Source: Octopus sinensis (lineage: Eukaryota). From it: 64,000 nt of DNA. Of this stretch, positions 1-12,489 are shown piece after piece. The stretch lies in assembly GCF_006345805.1 (NCBI RefSeq), contig NC_042997.1, positions 41,540,001-41,604,000 on the forward strand. The letters are read 5' to 3'. The notes under the pieces are model-generated. The model made no database searches. It was not told the DNA's origin and saw only the letters and a list, made by a program, of their open reading frames with translations. Within the stretch, counting starts at the first letter, position 1. The number at the start of each line of letters is the position of its first letter. Position numbers and translations under genes: made by a program.

Positions 1-204
1 ACCCCTTTCGTTTCCTTTCATTTGTATCCACTTTTTCATATTTTGAACATATTCAACAGAAGTTGGTGTCATCCAGATGTTCCCACAGATATCTTGTCTC
101 AAATAATTACTTTGTATTAGATTCAGTGACAAACATAAAGTGGTTTTCTTTCTCTTCATTGAGCTTATGCATGAATTGAACCATCTTCCTAAGCATTTCG
201 GGGA

Positions 205-1860
205 GCATGGTAATCAGGGAGAGCGGTAAGGTAACCAAAAAAATCAGGCTCCAAGTGCAAGGAGCATTCCATCAATAGAGGTAAATCCTAGTAAATGCCT
301 TGAAAAGATGTTTGACAAGTCGCTGTCAGAGAGAATCATTGTCACCAAAATTGTGAAGCAAGCAGAGGAGTGGCTGATGAGGATTTATAGATCAGGGCTT
401 CCAGGAAAGTTCAGGACATGGCTCTACCAACACAGACTGCTCCCAAGACTCATATGGTTGCTGACGCTGTATGATGTTCCAATGACGAGTGTGGAAAGGG
501 TGGAGAGAAAGATAACTAAATACCTCCGAAGATTGCTAGGAGTTTCCCAAGCTTCACTTCAGTAGGCCTGTTCATAAGATCTGGAAGGCTACAACTTCCC
601 CTGTCGTATTTAATGGAGGAATTTAAAGTAGCAAAATGTAACGTAATGATGTAGAGGGACTCTAAGGACGAGCTTGTCAGACATGCAGGTATTACCACAA
701 GGTGTGGGTAACTAGCACCGCTGTCGGTCAGGCTGAAGGCATGCAGGAGCTACGCGCCATAATTGGAGCTACATGTTGGGGTTGCCAGGGAATTGGCTCT
801 TCCTATTTCCAACAATGGAAGAAAGCTGACACCAGGGAGTGGTGGGCTATGACTCAGAAAGCAATGAGGAACCAGGAGGAAGATAAAAGGAAATCAAGAC
901 GTGTGGAGTTGGTATCTCTGGGTGCATGGACTAAATGGGATCTCCCTAAGAGGAAGCTCTCATGGACTGACCTGTGGAGGCTGGAACCTTTGCACATCTC
1001 CTTCCTGCATGGAGCGGTGTATGACACACTCCTGACGCCAACAAACCTTCACAGATAGGGTTTGAGGGAAGACCAGTTGTGTAGACTTTGTGGGAAAGGG
1101 GCACTCTGGCACACATCTTGGAAGGGTGCAGAATAACACTTTCTCAAGGCAGATACAAATACTTGCTCAAACCCTGGAACAGTAAAGAGGTAAGAAACAT
1201 CATCACCAAGGGAAGATAACTTCCGCAATTCAGTTCGTGAAAGAGGGAGAGAAACCAGTAAAGCCAGCAAAAGCAAAACATAGCTTGCTGCAAGGGTCTC
1301 AACCATGGGATATGAGGGTAGACTTAGGGAAGAGATTGCAGTTTCCCCAGGTTGTCCACAAAACTCTGAGGCCAGATGTGCTCCTGTGGTCTGAAAAGGC
1401 CCAGAAAATTATCATAATTGAAAGAAGTCACGTGGGGAGCGGGTTGTAACGAGGCCCATGAACGGAAGTGTGACAGATATAAGAGCATTCTGCAGGATTG
1501 CAGGGAGAAGGAATGGCAGGTATGGATTTTCCTAGTGGAGGTTGGCTGTAGGGGATTCTTTGCCCAGTTGGCATGGAAGATTTCTACAGCAACTTCAATG
1601 AGAGGTAAGGAGGGAAGGGTGGCTGTGCGCATGATGGGAGAGGCAACTAAAAGAGCCTTTTTGCTGGCTTGGTGTAAGAGAGAAGATTAACGCAGGAAGA
1701 CAGGAGGAGTTGATGAGCAGTGAATTGGCCACTTCTGTTGACCCACCAACAGTAGGGTGTAACGGTTCTGGGTCGAAACATCCGATGAACGAGGATAACG
1801 TCTGACGACATTGGTTTCTCCTGGACAAGGCTCCATTCACTTTGGTCAATAGATAAAACA
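205..1860 (+). mobile_element. Degraded, 5'-truncated non-LTR retrotransposon with restriction-like endonuclease (R2/NeSL/Hero group, most like Hero)
   Basis: Frameshifted ORF pieces: end of RT (NP.KCL..FDKSLS..., RTWLYQHRLLPRLIWLLTLYDVP), WTKWDLPKRKLSWTDLWRLEPLHISFL..VYDTL.TP.NLHR, a CCHC knuckle (CRLCG...LAHILEGC, ~1080-1130) and an RLE motif (LRPDVLLWSEKAQKIIIIE...EAHERKCDRYK...VEVGCRGF, 1366-1560). Confidence 0.8.
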
Positions 1861-1887
1861 CATCCTTATGGGTGTTATTAACTCGTG

Positions 1888-1926
<39 letters not shown>

Positions 1927-2039
1927 ATGTATGTGTGTGTATACTGCCAAGCAAATGTGTGTGTATTATTGAGTAGGGGTTGTGTGTGTGTGTATGCATG
2001 TATATCTATGTTAGTGTGTGTCTCCAACTGCTAATTGAT

Positions 2040-2200
2040 AACCGGTGTTGGTGTATTTGCATCCCTGTTACTTAGCACTTAAGCAAAAGAGGGCTAGAGG
2101 TCGCTGCTCATCAGACAGAAAAGGTACTACGCATAAAAGACAAAATCGAGGAGGAGCCCCAGCATGGCTGCAGTCTCATGACTGAAACAAGCAGAAGAGA
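2040..2200 (+). mobile_element. 3' fragment of octopus-type tRNA-derived SINE
   Basis: ccagcatggctgcagtctcatgactgaaacaagc matches the 3' end of the full copy at 15971-16385. Confidence 0.6.
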
Positions 2201-4385
2201 GAAAGAAAAAGAATGAAAAAAAAAGAAGAGAGGAAGAGAAAAATAAAAGAAAGAAAAGGAAAAGTGAGAGAGAACTATAGAGAAGACAAAAAGAGAAAAG
2301 AAACAGAGAAAGAGAGAGCGAAAAAAGGAGAGAAAAGGAGAGAATGTGATTGAAAAAAGAAAACGAGAGAGAAAGAGAAAAATGAAAGAGTGAGAGAGAG
2401 GAAGAAGGATAAAAAGAAAACGAGAGGGAAAAAGAAAAAGAGAAAAGCGAGAGAGCGAGAAAAGAAAGAGAGAGAGAAAAAGAAACGAGAGGAAGAAAGA
2501 GAAAAGAAAGAGAGAGAGAAAGAAAAGACAATGAGGAAATGAGAGAGAGAGAGCAGACAAAGAAAACGAGAGAAAGAGAGAAAAGAAAAAGAGGGAGAGA
2601 GTAAGGAAACAGAGAGAGAAAGAGAGAAAAGGAAAAGATAAAGAGAGATAGGGAGAAGGAAAACCAGAAAATAAAAGGAGAGAGAAAAGCAGAGAAGGAG
2701 AGAGCAAGAATAGAAAAAGAGAAAGAGGGAAAGGAGAAGAGAAAGATGGAAGGCAAGAGAAGAAAAAGGGACTGAGAAAAATAAAGTGAGAAAAAAAGAG
2801 AGAGAGAGAGAGTCAGGAAACAGAGAGAGAAAAGGAAAAGATAAAGAGAGATAGGGAGAAGGAAAACCAGAAAATAAAAAGAGAGAGAAAAGAAGCAGAG
2901 AGGGAGAGAGCGAGAATAGAAAAAGAGAAAGAGGGAAAGGAGAAGAGAAAGATGGAAGGCAAGAGAAGAAAAAGGGAATGAGAGAAATAAAGAGAGGAAA
3001 AGGGAGAGAGAGAGAGGAAGAAAGAGGAAAAACAAACAGTGAAAGAGAGAGAAATGAGAAAGAGAGGGATAAAAGAGACGTAAAAGGGATAAAGAGAATG
3101 AGAGAAAAGAAAGAGGGAGAAAGAAAGAAAAGAATGTGAGAAGGCAAGAGAGGAGAGAAAAGAAAAAAGTGAGTCCCTAAAAGGGAGAAAAGGAAAAGAG
3201 GGAAAGAAGAGAAAAAGGAAATGACAAAGAGACAGAGGGAAAAAGAGGGAGAGGGAAGAAGAGAGAAAAGAAAAGTGAGAGAGCGAGAGAAAGAGAGAAG
3301 AGAAAAATTGCCAGAGAGAAAGAGGAAGAGAGGAAAGAAAGAGAGAGATAACAGGAAGAGAGTAAGGGAGAGAGAAAGAGAGAAAGAGGGAAAAGAAAAG
3401 GAGAGATAAAGAAGAGAGGATAGAAAAAGAGAGAAAGGAAATTAGAAAGAGAGAAAATTAAAGCAGGAGAGAAAGTAAAAAGAGCGGGGGAGAAGGAGAG
3501 AAGAGAAAAAGAGAGGGGAGAAAGAAAGAAGGAAAAGGGGAAAAAGAAAGTGAGAGATAAGAATAGGAGCGGAAGAGAAAGAGAAAAGAGACAGAGAGGG
3601 AAAGAGGGGAATATAGGAAAGAAAAGAGAGTGGGAAATAGAGAGAGAGGAAGAAAGATAGAAAAGTGAGAGACAGAAAAATAGAGGAAGGAAAGAGAGAG
3701 AAAGAGAGAACAAAGAGTAAGAGACATAGAGAGAGAAAGAAGAAAAGAAAATGTGAGAGAGTGAGAGAAGAAGAAAGAGAGAGAAAAGGCAAAGAGAAGT
3801 ACAGAGAGAGAGAGAGAGATAATAGTAAAAGAGAAAGAGAGGCGAAAAAGAAAAAGGTTGGGTGCAAGAGAGAAAAGGAATAGTGAAGGAGACAGAGAGA
3901 GAAAGAACGAGAGAAAAGTAATAGAGAGAGAGATAAAGAAAAAGAGAGAAAGAGGAAGGAAATGAGAGAAAGAGAGAAAAGAATGAGAGAGAGAGAAAAA
4001 AGGAAAAAGAGAGAAAGAGAACACAGAGAGAGAGAGGGAGAAAGAAAGAGAGTGAAGAAAAAGGGAAAGAGAGAGAGAGAGACGGAGAGCGAAAGAGAGA
4101 AATTGAAAAATAGAGAAAGAGAAAGATAAGGGAAAAAAGAAAAAGAGAAAGAGGAAGGCAAAGAGAGAGAAAGAGAGAAAAGAAAGAGAGAAAGAGTAAA
4201 AGAGACACAGAGAGAGAAGGAGAAAGAAAGAGAGAGAAGAAAAAGGGGAAAGAGAGAGAAAGTAAGAAAAGAAAGAGAAAGAAAGAAATGAAAGAGGTAG
4301 ATAGAGAGAGAAAGAAAAAGAGAAAGAGGAAAGAAAAGGAGAAAGAGAGTGAGAGATAAAGAGAGAAAAGAGAGGGAGAGAGAAA
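2180..4385. repeat. ~2.2 kb almost pure purine (GA-rich) tract with an internal ~200-bp tandem duplication
   Basis: The + strand is nearly devoid of C/T; 2600-2790 is repeated at 2812-2992. Confidence 0.95.
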
Positions 4386-4429
4386 ATGGAATTTCTCTAT
4401 TTCACATGTCCTCACTTTCTTCATTACAG

Positions 4430-4587
4430 ATTAACAAAACGAATGAATGGGGCGAAACTCCTCTAATGCTGGCCTGTTTATATGGCGCCGATAGAAGAAT
4501 AATGGAGATGTTGATTGATGCAGAATGTGAAATGGAAGCAAAAGACTACAAATATGGTCGCACAGCTTTACATTGGGCCGTGGATTG
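4430..4587 (+). CDS. Ankyrin-RING-death domain gene, first exon visible in window (ankyrin repeats; gene starts upstream)
   Basis: Acceptor ttacag|ATT, donor TG|gtaagt (phase 2); INKTNEWGETPLMLACLYGADRRIMEMLIDAECEMEAKDYKYGRTALHWAVD contains two ankyrin TPLH-type motifs. Confidence 0.9.
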
Positions 4588-4685
4588 GTAAGTTGAGAAT
4601 CAAGTAAAATCTCCAGATGTGTTTTTGTCTGTAAATTTGTTGCAATTGCAGACACAGGTTCAATATCCAAAGAGGCCATGGTAGT

Positions 4686-4923
4686 ATGATGATGATGATG
4701 ACGACGGTGATGATGATGATGATGATAATGATAATAATGATATTGATGATGTCGATCTTGCTGCTGATGGTGGTGATGATGATGATGATGATGGAGGCGA
4801 TGATGATGACGATGAAGTTGATGATGATGATGTTGATTATGTTGATGATGATGATGATGATGATGATAATGATGATGATGATGATGATGATGGTGACGAT
4901 TGTGATGTTGGTGTTTATGATGG

Positions 4924-4955
<32 letters not shown>

Positions 4956-5278
4956 ACGATTACTATGATGATGCCGATGATGATGATTATGATTATAGTG
5001 GCGATGAATGATGATGATGATGATTATGATGATTTTGGAGATGTTGAAGATGATGGTGGCTATGAACGATGATGATGATTATAGTGTTGGCAATGAGGGT
5101 GATGATGATGATGGAGATGATGAAAAGGATGATGATGAAGGCGATGATGATAATGGTGATGATGGCGATAATGATGATTATGTTAATGACAGAGGTGGTG
5201 GCAATGATGATGATGGCGATGATAGCGATGATAATAGTGCAACTGATAATGATGGTGATGATGATGATGATGATGATA
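4686..5278. repeat. Degenerate (GAT)n trinucleotide tract filling most of an intron
   Basis: Near-continuous gat/gac/ggt triplets inside the 4588-5348 intron. Confidence 0.95.
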
Positions 5279-5348
5279 TTTCGTCTGAAAGCCAAAACAA
5301 TTAGTTGTTTAATGTAAATTAGTCAATGTTTCTATCTTTTACTCTCAG

Positions 5349-5502
5349 CCGTCGTTTTGAAGCCGTGGAGCTCTTACTATCTCGGGGCAGCGAGGTGAAT
5401 GGGAAGAGCAAGGATGGCAGGACTCCTCTCCATTTGGCTGCAGACTCATCTCAGGAATGGACAGATTGTGTGAGAGCATTAATGCAGCAAAGCACTGTTG
5501 AG
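5349..5502 (+). CDS. Ankyrin-RING-DD gene exon (ankyrin)
   Basis: ctcag|C...GAG|gttagt; phase 2 to 0; (C)RRFEAVELLLSRGSEVNGKSKDGRTPLHLAADSSQEWTDCVRALMQQSTVE. Confidence 0.92.
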
Positions 5503-5839
5503 GTTAGTGACTATATACATGTGTGTGTGCGTGTGTGTATGTGTGTGTCTGTGTACTTATATATATATATATATATGTATGTATTTATATATATATATAT
5601 ATATATACAAATAAAATGAATGGATGCATATATAATGACATCTTCTTTGTCCCCTCTGTGTTTAGCCCCTTGTGGGCAATAAAGAAATATATATAATGTA
5701 AATTTTGTAAAATTACGAGGAAACAAAAGATACTCTTGCGAATTTTTACTGAACTCTTCTCCCGACCTTTGGGGCACACTTATATAGGTACGTATATATA
5801 ATCGTATATATAATGTATACATGCCTATAAGATATTATA

Positions 5840-5889
<50 letters not shown>

Positions 5890-6064
5890 CATATGTATAA
5901 AAAAATATATATAACACTATATATATACACATACACAATAATATGTATATAAACGTATATATGAGTATACATATACATATATACATAGATACATACACAC
6001 ACAAAACAACATATACATATCTATCTATCTATCTATCTATCTATCTTCTATCTATCTATCTATC

Positions 6065-6095
<31 letters not shown>

Positions 6096-6193
6096 ACGGG
6101 AAGCTTTATGAAAATAGACAAAAGACGAAGGCAGGTGGAAAACAAACGAACAATTGTATTAGTATGGCGCTCAGGAAATATAAATAAAACAAG

Positions 6194-6231
6194 TCTTTAA
6201 CGTTTCGAGCCTACGCTCTTCAACAGAAAGA
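6194..6231 (-). ncRNA. Minimal hammerhead-ribozyme-like motif (Penelope-type), with a variant core
   Basis: The minus strand reads TCTTT-CTGTTGA-A-GAGC gtag GCTC-GAAAC-GTT-AAAGA: stem I 5 bp, stem II 4 bp, palindromic AACGTT stem III. The core is CUGUUGA rather than CUGANGA. Confidence 0.45.
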
Positions 6232-6315
6232 TACACAGAGAGAAAAAAAACACAGAAAGAAGGAAGAAAAAAAAATGCGTGCAGTAGCTAACGAATCAAC
6301 ATGGCAATCAACATG

Positions 6316-6403
<88 letters not shown>

Positions 6404-6636
6404 TTTTCCTGAGACCCTTATTTTTCCCCATAACTTTGTTGTGTTTCCTATTTTTAATGAAAATCATTGATTTTTGATTACGATTATGTTGAGAAAAAGG
6501 AAGCATTTAATGAGTTCCAAACCAATCCCAACTCCAGACATAATTGTTGATTAAGACATGGAAAGGGATGGATTTTCAGAAAATTTCATTAAGAAATATT
6601 TATTCTAAAAAGCTTCATGAGGAACATACAACTACA

Positions 6637-6695
<59 letters not shown>

Positions 6696-6696
6696 G

Positions 6697-6747
6697 GTAC
6701 AGGAGTGGCTGTGTGGTTAGTAGCTTGCTTACAAACCTCATGGTTCC
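6697..6747 (+). mobile_element. SINE 5' head fragment
   Basis: aggagtggctgtgtggttagtagcttgcttacaaacctcatggttcc matches the head of 15971-16385. Confidence 0.7.
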
Positions 6748-7629
6748 ATAAGAAATCGGTTTCTCGATTTTTTCCACTCATCGATTGTTTTTTCTTTTTT
6801 TTTTCATGTAACCCCACTTTGCCCATGGGATAAGAACCCTTCCAGCAAGGAAAATAGAACGCCCAAAAGGGCTCCTGAACCTCTGTGTAAGAAGCGGTTA
6901 TGTTCAGATCACAACTAAGTTTATATATATGGGCAAAACACACACACACAAACATATACGTACATACACCTATTGTATACATGTTTTTGCACGTCATATT
7001 CGTTTAGAGGAAGTTGTTTTACACATATTACACTAATTTTTTGTTTGTTTTTATGACAAGGTCAAATGCTTTAGGTTGACCCCTCTCCTTTCGAAAACAT
7101 GAACAGTTTCGCAACATTGTTTACAAAATAATAGCTGATCGTTTGCGAAGGAGCGTGTCTACAGTCAACACGTAGGTATTTTGCTCTGGTAACCTCTGCT
7201 CTCTCCCATGTTCACGCACGACCAGCTATATATCGCTATGATTAGAACAACGGATTCAGCTAATTTGGAAATTAGTTGTGGAGAAACGGCGAATATCGTT
7301 TATGTTGCCCGTATATATATATATACGCACAACACACACACACACACAAACATTGCATACATGTGTCTTTTACGCATACATGCTCGCGTGTGTGTATATG
7401 TGACTGAAGCCATTCACACATACATACATACATAACAACACCTGTCTGTCTGTTATTGCCAGTAAAAGACGAAATTATAAAAATCTCTCTCTCTCTCTCT
7501 CTATCCCTCTCCCTCTCCCTCCCTCTCTTTACACAGTCGCTAGGAGGGGACTTAACTCATGTTTGCTTTGTAAACAATGGTAGCTTTCGCCATCTTAAAT
7601 ATTTAAAAGCTATGGCTCAAAATTAATAG

Positions 7630-7880
7630 TCATATATGTGTGTGTGTGTGTGTGTGTGGTTATGTGTGTCTGTTTGTGCGTGTGTTTGTGTGTCTGTGTT
7701 TGTCCCCCAGCATCATTTCACAACCGATGCTGGTGTGTTTACGTCCCCATAACCTAGCGGTTCTGCAAAAGAACCGATAAAATAAGTACTATGCTTCCAG
7801 GGGTCGATTTGCTAGACTGATGGCAGTGCTGCAGCATGGCCACAGTCACATGACTAAAACAAATGAAAGAATAAAAGAAT
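7630..7880 (+). mobile_element. SINE 3' half
   Basis: acaaccgatgctggtgtgtttacgtcccc...gcagcatggccacagtcacatgactaaaac matches the 15971 family. Confidence 0.75.
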
Positions 7881-8223
7881 AAATGTTACTATGATCACAC
7901 ACACACGCGAACACACACATATATACACACACACACACATTTTGCTGCTCTATGTGTTTATTTATTGAGTTATTCATCCTATATGCGTGTGTTTGTGTGT
8001 GTGTGTATAAATATATTTATATGTACATATGTATGTGTGTATACGCATGTGTGTGTATACAATAGAAATCTCCATTAACTACTCCCCACCCCAATCATTC
8101 CACCTGTTTAATTAATTTCATTCCTTCTCTTCTCTTTTTCTGTGAGTTTCTCTTTTAATTCTTCAACGCCCGACTCCCCCTTTCAGACACCATTTTTAAT
8201 GTTTTTATTCTTTTCTTTTTCAG

Positions 8224-8378
8224 GTCAATGCACGGTCTAATGATGGTCAAACACCGCTGCACCGGGCCTGTTGGTGGGGACACTTGCACACTGTCGACAT
8301 GTTGTTGGGTCACAATGGCATCGATGCCAACGTGGTGGACAGCGATGGAGACACACCACTGCATGTGGCAGTTCGGGG
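8224..8378 (+). CDS. Ankyrin-RING-DD gene exon (ankyrin)
   Basis: ttttcag|GTC...GG|gtaagt; phase 0 to 2; VNARSNDGQTPLHRACWWGHLHTVDMLLGHNGIDANVVDSDGDTPLHVAVR. This frame is not in the supplied ORF track. Confidence 0.92.
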
Positions 8379-9309
8379 GTAAGTCCCCATTGGATCTGGA
8401 ATATCCAAATCTGTTTCTTTAATGTTTTCAATAATGTTTGTTTCTTTTTCATTCAGTCATTCATGTCATAATCCCACCATGGGGTCATTGTCTTTCTTCT
8501 CTCTTTCGCACTGAAATGACACTGTAATCTACTTTATTAATTAATCATCACCATAATTGTTATTGTTGTTACCTGACTGGACACTTTACTTCATCTCGTT
8601 CTCCATTTCCTCAACGTCACAGGTTCAAATCCTCTCTCTTCTTCTTTTCATCCCATCTAGAACTACTTTCTCTCTCTTTCTCCTTTTCTTCCTCACTTTC
8701 TCTCCTTTGTAGTTTCCCTATTTACTCCGACCCTGGGCTAAATACAGAATCATTCCCTTACAGTATTTACATTTGTCTCTTTTATGTTCTATGTTCAAAT
8801 CCTACCAGAATATTTAGTATCATTCTGGGGTCAATATAATCTGTACCAGTAATACCCAGGGGTTCCTTTAATAAACTGTCTTCCTTCTTTTCTCCAGTTC
8901 TTGATTCTTATTACTTTTAGAGGAAATAAATTGTTTTATTTTATTTACGACTCTTTACGTTCAGAGTTCAAATCCTGCCAAGGTCAACTTCTCCTTCCAT
9001 CTTTGCAAGGTTGATAAAATACAATACCAGTCATTTTTACATGTTTATATAAGCTGTCTGAGTTATTAGCAGTATTTTTCCTGTCTTTACATTTCTGGGT
9101 TTACTCAGGTGTGTATATAGCATTTTTCTACTGTGTAGAGTGTGTATTGAATAAATATATGTGTGTGAGTATGTGTGTAATAATTGCCGTAATTAAGTTA
9201 TTGTGACCTAATTACATTTGTTTTCTTTAATGACCTAATAACTATTATCTCAAGCTGTGCGATGTTTGTTTTTTTTTCATGTTTTTCTTTCCTCATCTAT
9301 TACTTTCAG

Positions 9310-9346
9310 GCGAAACGATAAATTGGTGTCTGTGATGCTGAACCAG
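9310..9346 (+). CDS. Ankyrin-RING-DD gene 37-nt exon
   Basis: tactttcag|G...CAG|gttagt; phase 2 to 0; (G)RNDKLVSVMLNQ completes the ankyrin helix pair and restores phase for the next exon. Confidence 0.85.
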
Positions 9347-9617
9347 GTTAGTTAATAAATACATATTATATACACTCTCCAGCATTTTATTGATCTGTAT
9401 AATAGAAATATTATGAAGGTACCAGTGAAATAATGGAGATAGATTCAATCACATGTACTACAAAAAACTTGGGTTTGTGGAGGAATTGCATGTTGATCAT
9501 GTTGATGATGATATTAGCGGTGTTGACAGTCCAACTAACCACCACCACCGATAATAATATCTTCAGTGGTCAAATGAAACAAGGTCATTTGAGATTAACC
9601 AAAATATAATAGATATC

Positions 9618-9692
<75 letters not shown>

Positions 9693-9696
9693 TAAT

Positions 9697-10045
9697 TGTT
9701 TTAGACATTTGACTGCGGCCATGCTGGGGCATCATCGAATTTTTAGTCAAATGTATCGATCCCAGTACTGCTTTTTATTTTAAGCATATCGCTTATCCTC
9801 TCAGCCTCTTTACCGAACCACTACACACACACACACATACACAAACACTCACTCACACACACATACATAGGCAAACACAGAGACACACACATGTTATGAA
9901 GCTTCTTTCAGTTTTCATTTACCAAATCCACAAACCAGATTTTGTTCAACCCTAGGTAAGAGTGGAATATACTTGCCTGAGTTTCCATGCGGAGGGATTC
10001 AACGTGTATGGCTGGGAAAAAAGCTCCATACACTACAACCATATA
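9697..10045 (-). mobile_element. Degraded SINE, minus strand
   Basis: catttgactgcggccatgctgggg... and a later gcttctttcagttttcatttaccaaatccac are reverse complements of the family body. Confidence 0.7.
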
Positions 10046-10383
10046 TGGATGTGTGTGTCTATCTATGTATCTATCTAACTATATATATATATATATACAG
10101 ATCATCATCATCATCGTACTTGCTTGGCTCAGATAGATTTTATTGAGGCACATTTTCCGCAGCTGGATGCTCTCCTTATCGCCAACCTTCTCTTCTTTTC
10201 AAGGAAGCTAACATTTGCCAAGAACTAGTCATGTTCCCACAGAATGCTGGAAATAAGAGACTCGGCTTATATGACAGTGGCACTCATTTACAACTATTAC
10301 ATAGATGTCAAGACAAAAGCACAATCACACACATATAACACATACGTATACGCACTCACATACAAGATGAATACTCATACATA

Positions 10384-10424
<41 letters not shown>

Positions 10425-10494
10425 CATACACACACAATGAAGTCTGTGTGTGCGTATATATATGTATGGATATATACATACATACACATATATA

Positions 10495-10541
<47 letters not shown>

Positions 10542-11039
10542 GTGTGTGTGTGTATGTCTATGCGTTGGGATATGTATATATTTATACACACACACACACA
10601 CACACATACACACATATATTCATATGAAGTAAGAAATTATAAGATGAATATATTTCTTTCACCAGTTACATCGTTTCACAGAAGTTTTTGTGTATGATAA
10701 ATTCTTTTACATGTCTGCATTAGTGTATAGGTTATAAATCATATAGTGCCATCGTACAATTTACAAAGTAAAACAGGTATAAATGACAAGCACCTCAGTT
10801 CATAGAATATCATGTTTACATCCATTCTTCAATGCAATATACATACACAAGAACAGAATTTTATTTTCAAAATATTAATGTATGGAAGACAATAATTTAC
10901 AAATCATTCTTTTATAGAAGAGAGAAGGAGATTTAGTAAGATATCAAAAAGGAAGCAGTAAATATACATACATGCATATACACATATATATATATACATA
11001 TACATATATATGTATGTATATTAAAAATTGGGGTGGTTT

Positions 11040-11490
11040 ATGGGATTACCCTGGGTTTCCCATTCATAAAGGGTTTAGCTTTGTACCGTATCGTAAGGCC
11101 CCAAAACCTGTTGGCCTAAGAACTCTTCAAAATATGGAAGGGGAAAAGCCTGGGATTTACGTTTTCTGCAAACGATCCTTTTCGGCTCCCTAGCAAGAGA
11201 TTATCCCAGTGACCATGTGGTTTCTACATATTCACTGAAACCACAGGTCTCCCATAAATATAAAAGGATTTGACCTCGGATACTCCAGCAATAACATCCC
11301 CACGTCACCCAACGAAGTATACACCCGTAAGCAGCTGGAAAAGCTATTGGACGGGATTAGGCGTGTGAGGTGAAGGGCTTTTCCACCCTCCATATTTGGA
11401 AGAGGTCTTAGGCCAACAGGTTTTGGGGTCTAATGACACCCCAAGAAGATAAATCCTTTTTGGACCGGAAACCAACGGTAATCCCGGAGA
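11040..11490. mobile_element. Fold-back/MITE-like element with long imperfect inverted repeats
   Basis: 11097-11150 (ggccccaaaacctgttggcctaagaactcttcaaaatatggaaggggaaaagcc) is the reverse complement of 11376-11430; an outer gggattacc/ggtaatccc pair also matches. Confidence 0.7.
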
Positions 11491-11789
11491 CCGGCCTCAC
11501 CAGTTTTAAAATATACACTGCTCTACATCTTAGAGTGTGCTTCTTCTCCGGATTTATCTTTTCTATAAACAAAACAAATATATACGTATGCCATTGTTCA
11601 GTTTATTTCAAGGTATTTTATTTTTCACTTTATGTCAACATCCGCTGGACAGTTAATTCCCTCAACTGGGAACAGTTTCTCTATGTATGCATGTATGTAT
11701 GTATGTATGTATGTATGTATGTATGTATGTATGTATGTATGTATGTATGTATGGATGGATGGATGGATGGATGGATGGATGGATGTCAC

Positions 11790-12190
11790 TTTCGAGTGCT
11801 GCTGGTAACATGTAACCCAGTACAACCTGTTGCATGGTCGGGTCGTCGGCGACTAAACCGGCAACCCCACCAAGTTTGCTTGGTGAGGAGGGTGTTTATT
11901 GGACACCCTGCGGGATGAAAAACAAAACCCGTCAAAGGGCGGAGGTACTCTTGAGAGTCAACAGCCATCAAATAAATGTCTTAAGGCTTTATTATGCGCG
12001 GAGCCATAGAAATAATCGGACTGAATACCCGATCGCGCGATTAAACCATTGGGAGTGAAGGACTCCTAGCCTTTGTTAGGGAATCCTTCTAGGAGAAGGT
12101 AACTCGGGTAACTGGGATAACTCCGACATAAAACCTGCAGCTCAGTGGTTACCGATGATGTTGACTCGTTCTTCTTTTCGGATTTTGGCA
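11790..12190 (+). mobile_element. Probable RTE-clade LINE 5' UTR fragment
   Basis: The motif ctaggagaaggtaactc...aaacctgcagctcagtgg resembles RTE 5' regions as I recall them; flanked by (TATG)n arrays; no coding evidence. Confidence 0.4.
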
Positions 12191-12489
12191 GCTGTTGCTT
12201 AGTGAGTGGGATTGACTCAGTGCACAGCCTTTCCTCACTTTACAAAAAATCTTCTTGCACAGGCATTGCACGACAACAACATTGATTAAGCTTCGTGCAA
12301 TGGCCATACTCGATAACGAGGGGGTAGCCACCATGTATGTATGTACGTTTGTATGTATGTACGTTTGTACGTATGTATGTACGTATGTACGTACGTACGT
12401 CTGGCTGTCTGTCTGTCTGCGCGCACAGACACACACACGTGATATAATTGTCACTTAGTCTACCTCAGAAATTTCACGGTTTTTTAGTT

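Noticed and set aside
1770-1825. Hammerhead-like words (GAAAC...CTGACGA) in the Hero-like 3' UTR
   Set aside because: The required stem II pairing is absent.
2111-4424. Long F/L/S-rich and K/R/E-rich ORFs (up to 415 aa; also 55862-57161 and 58871-63526)
   Set aside because: Translations of GA/TC low-complexity tracts that lack stop codons by composition; no domain signal.
4686-5317. Poly-Met, poly-Asp and poly-Ile ORFs
   Set aside because: Frames of an intronic (GAT)n tract between two well-supported exons.
10244-10697. [12 protein letters not shown] ORFs here and at many other (TA)n, (TG)n and (TATG)n sites
   Set aside because: Dinucleotide and tetranucleotide microsatellite translations.
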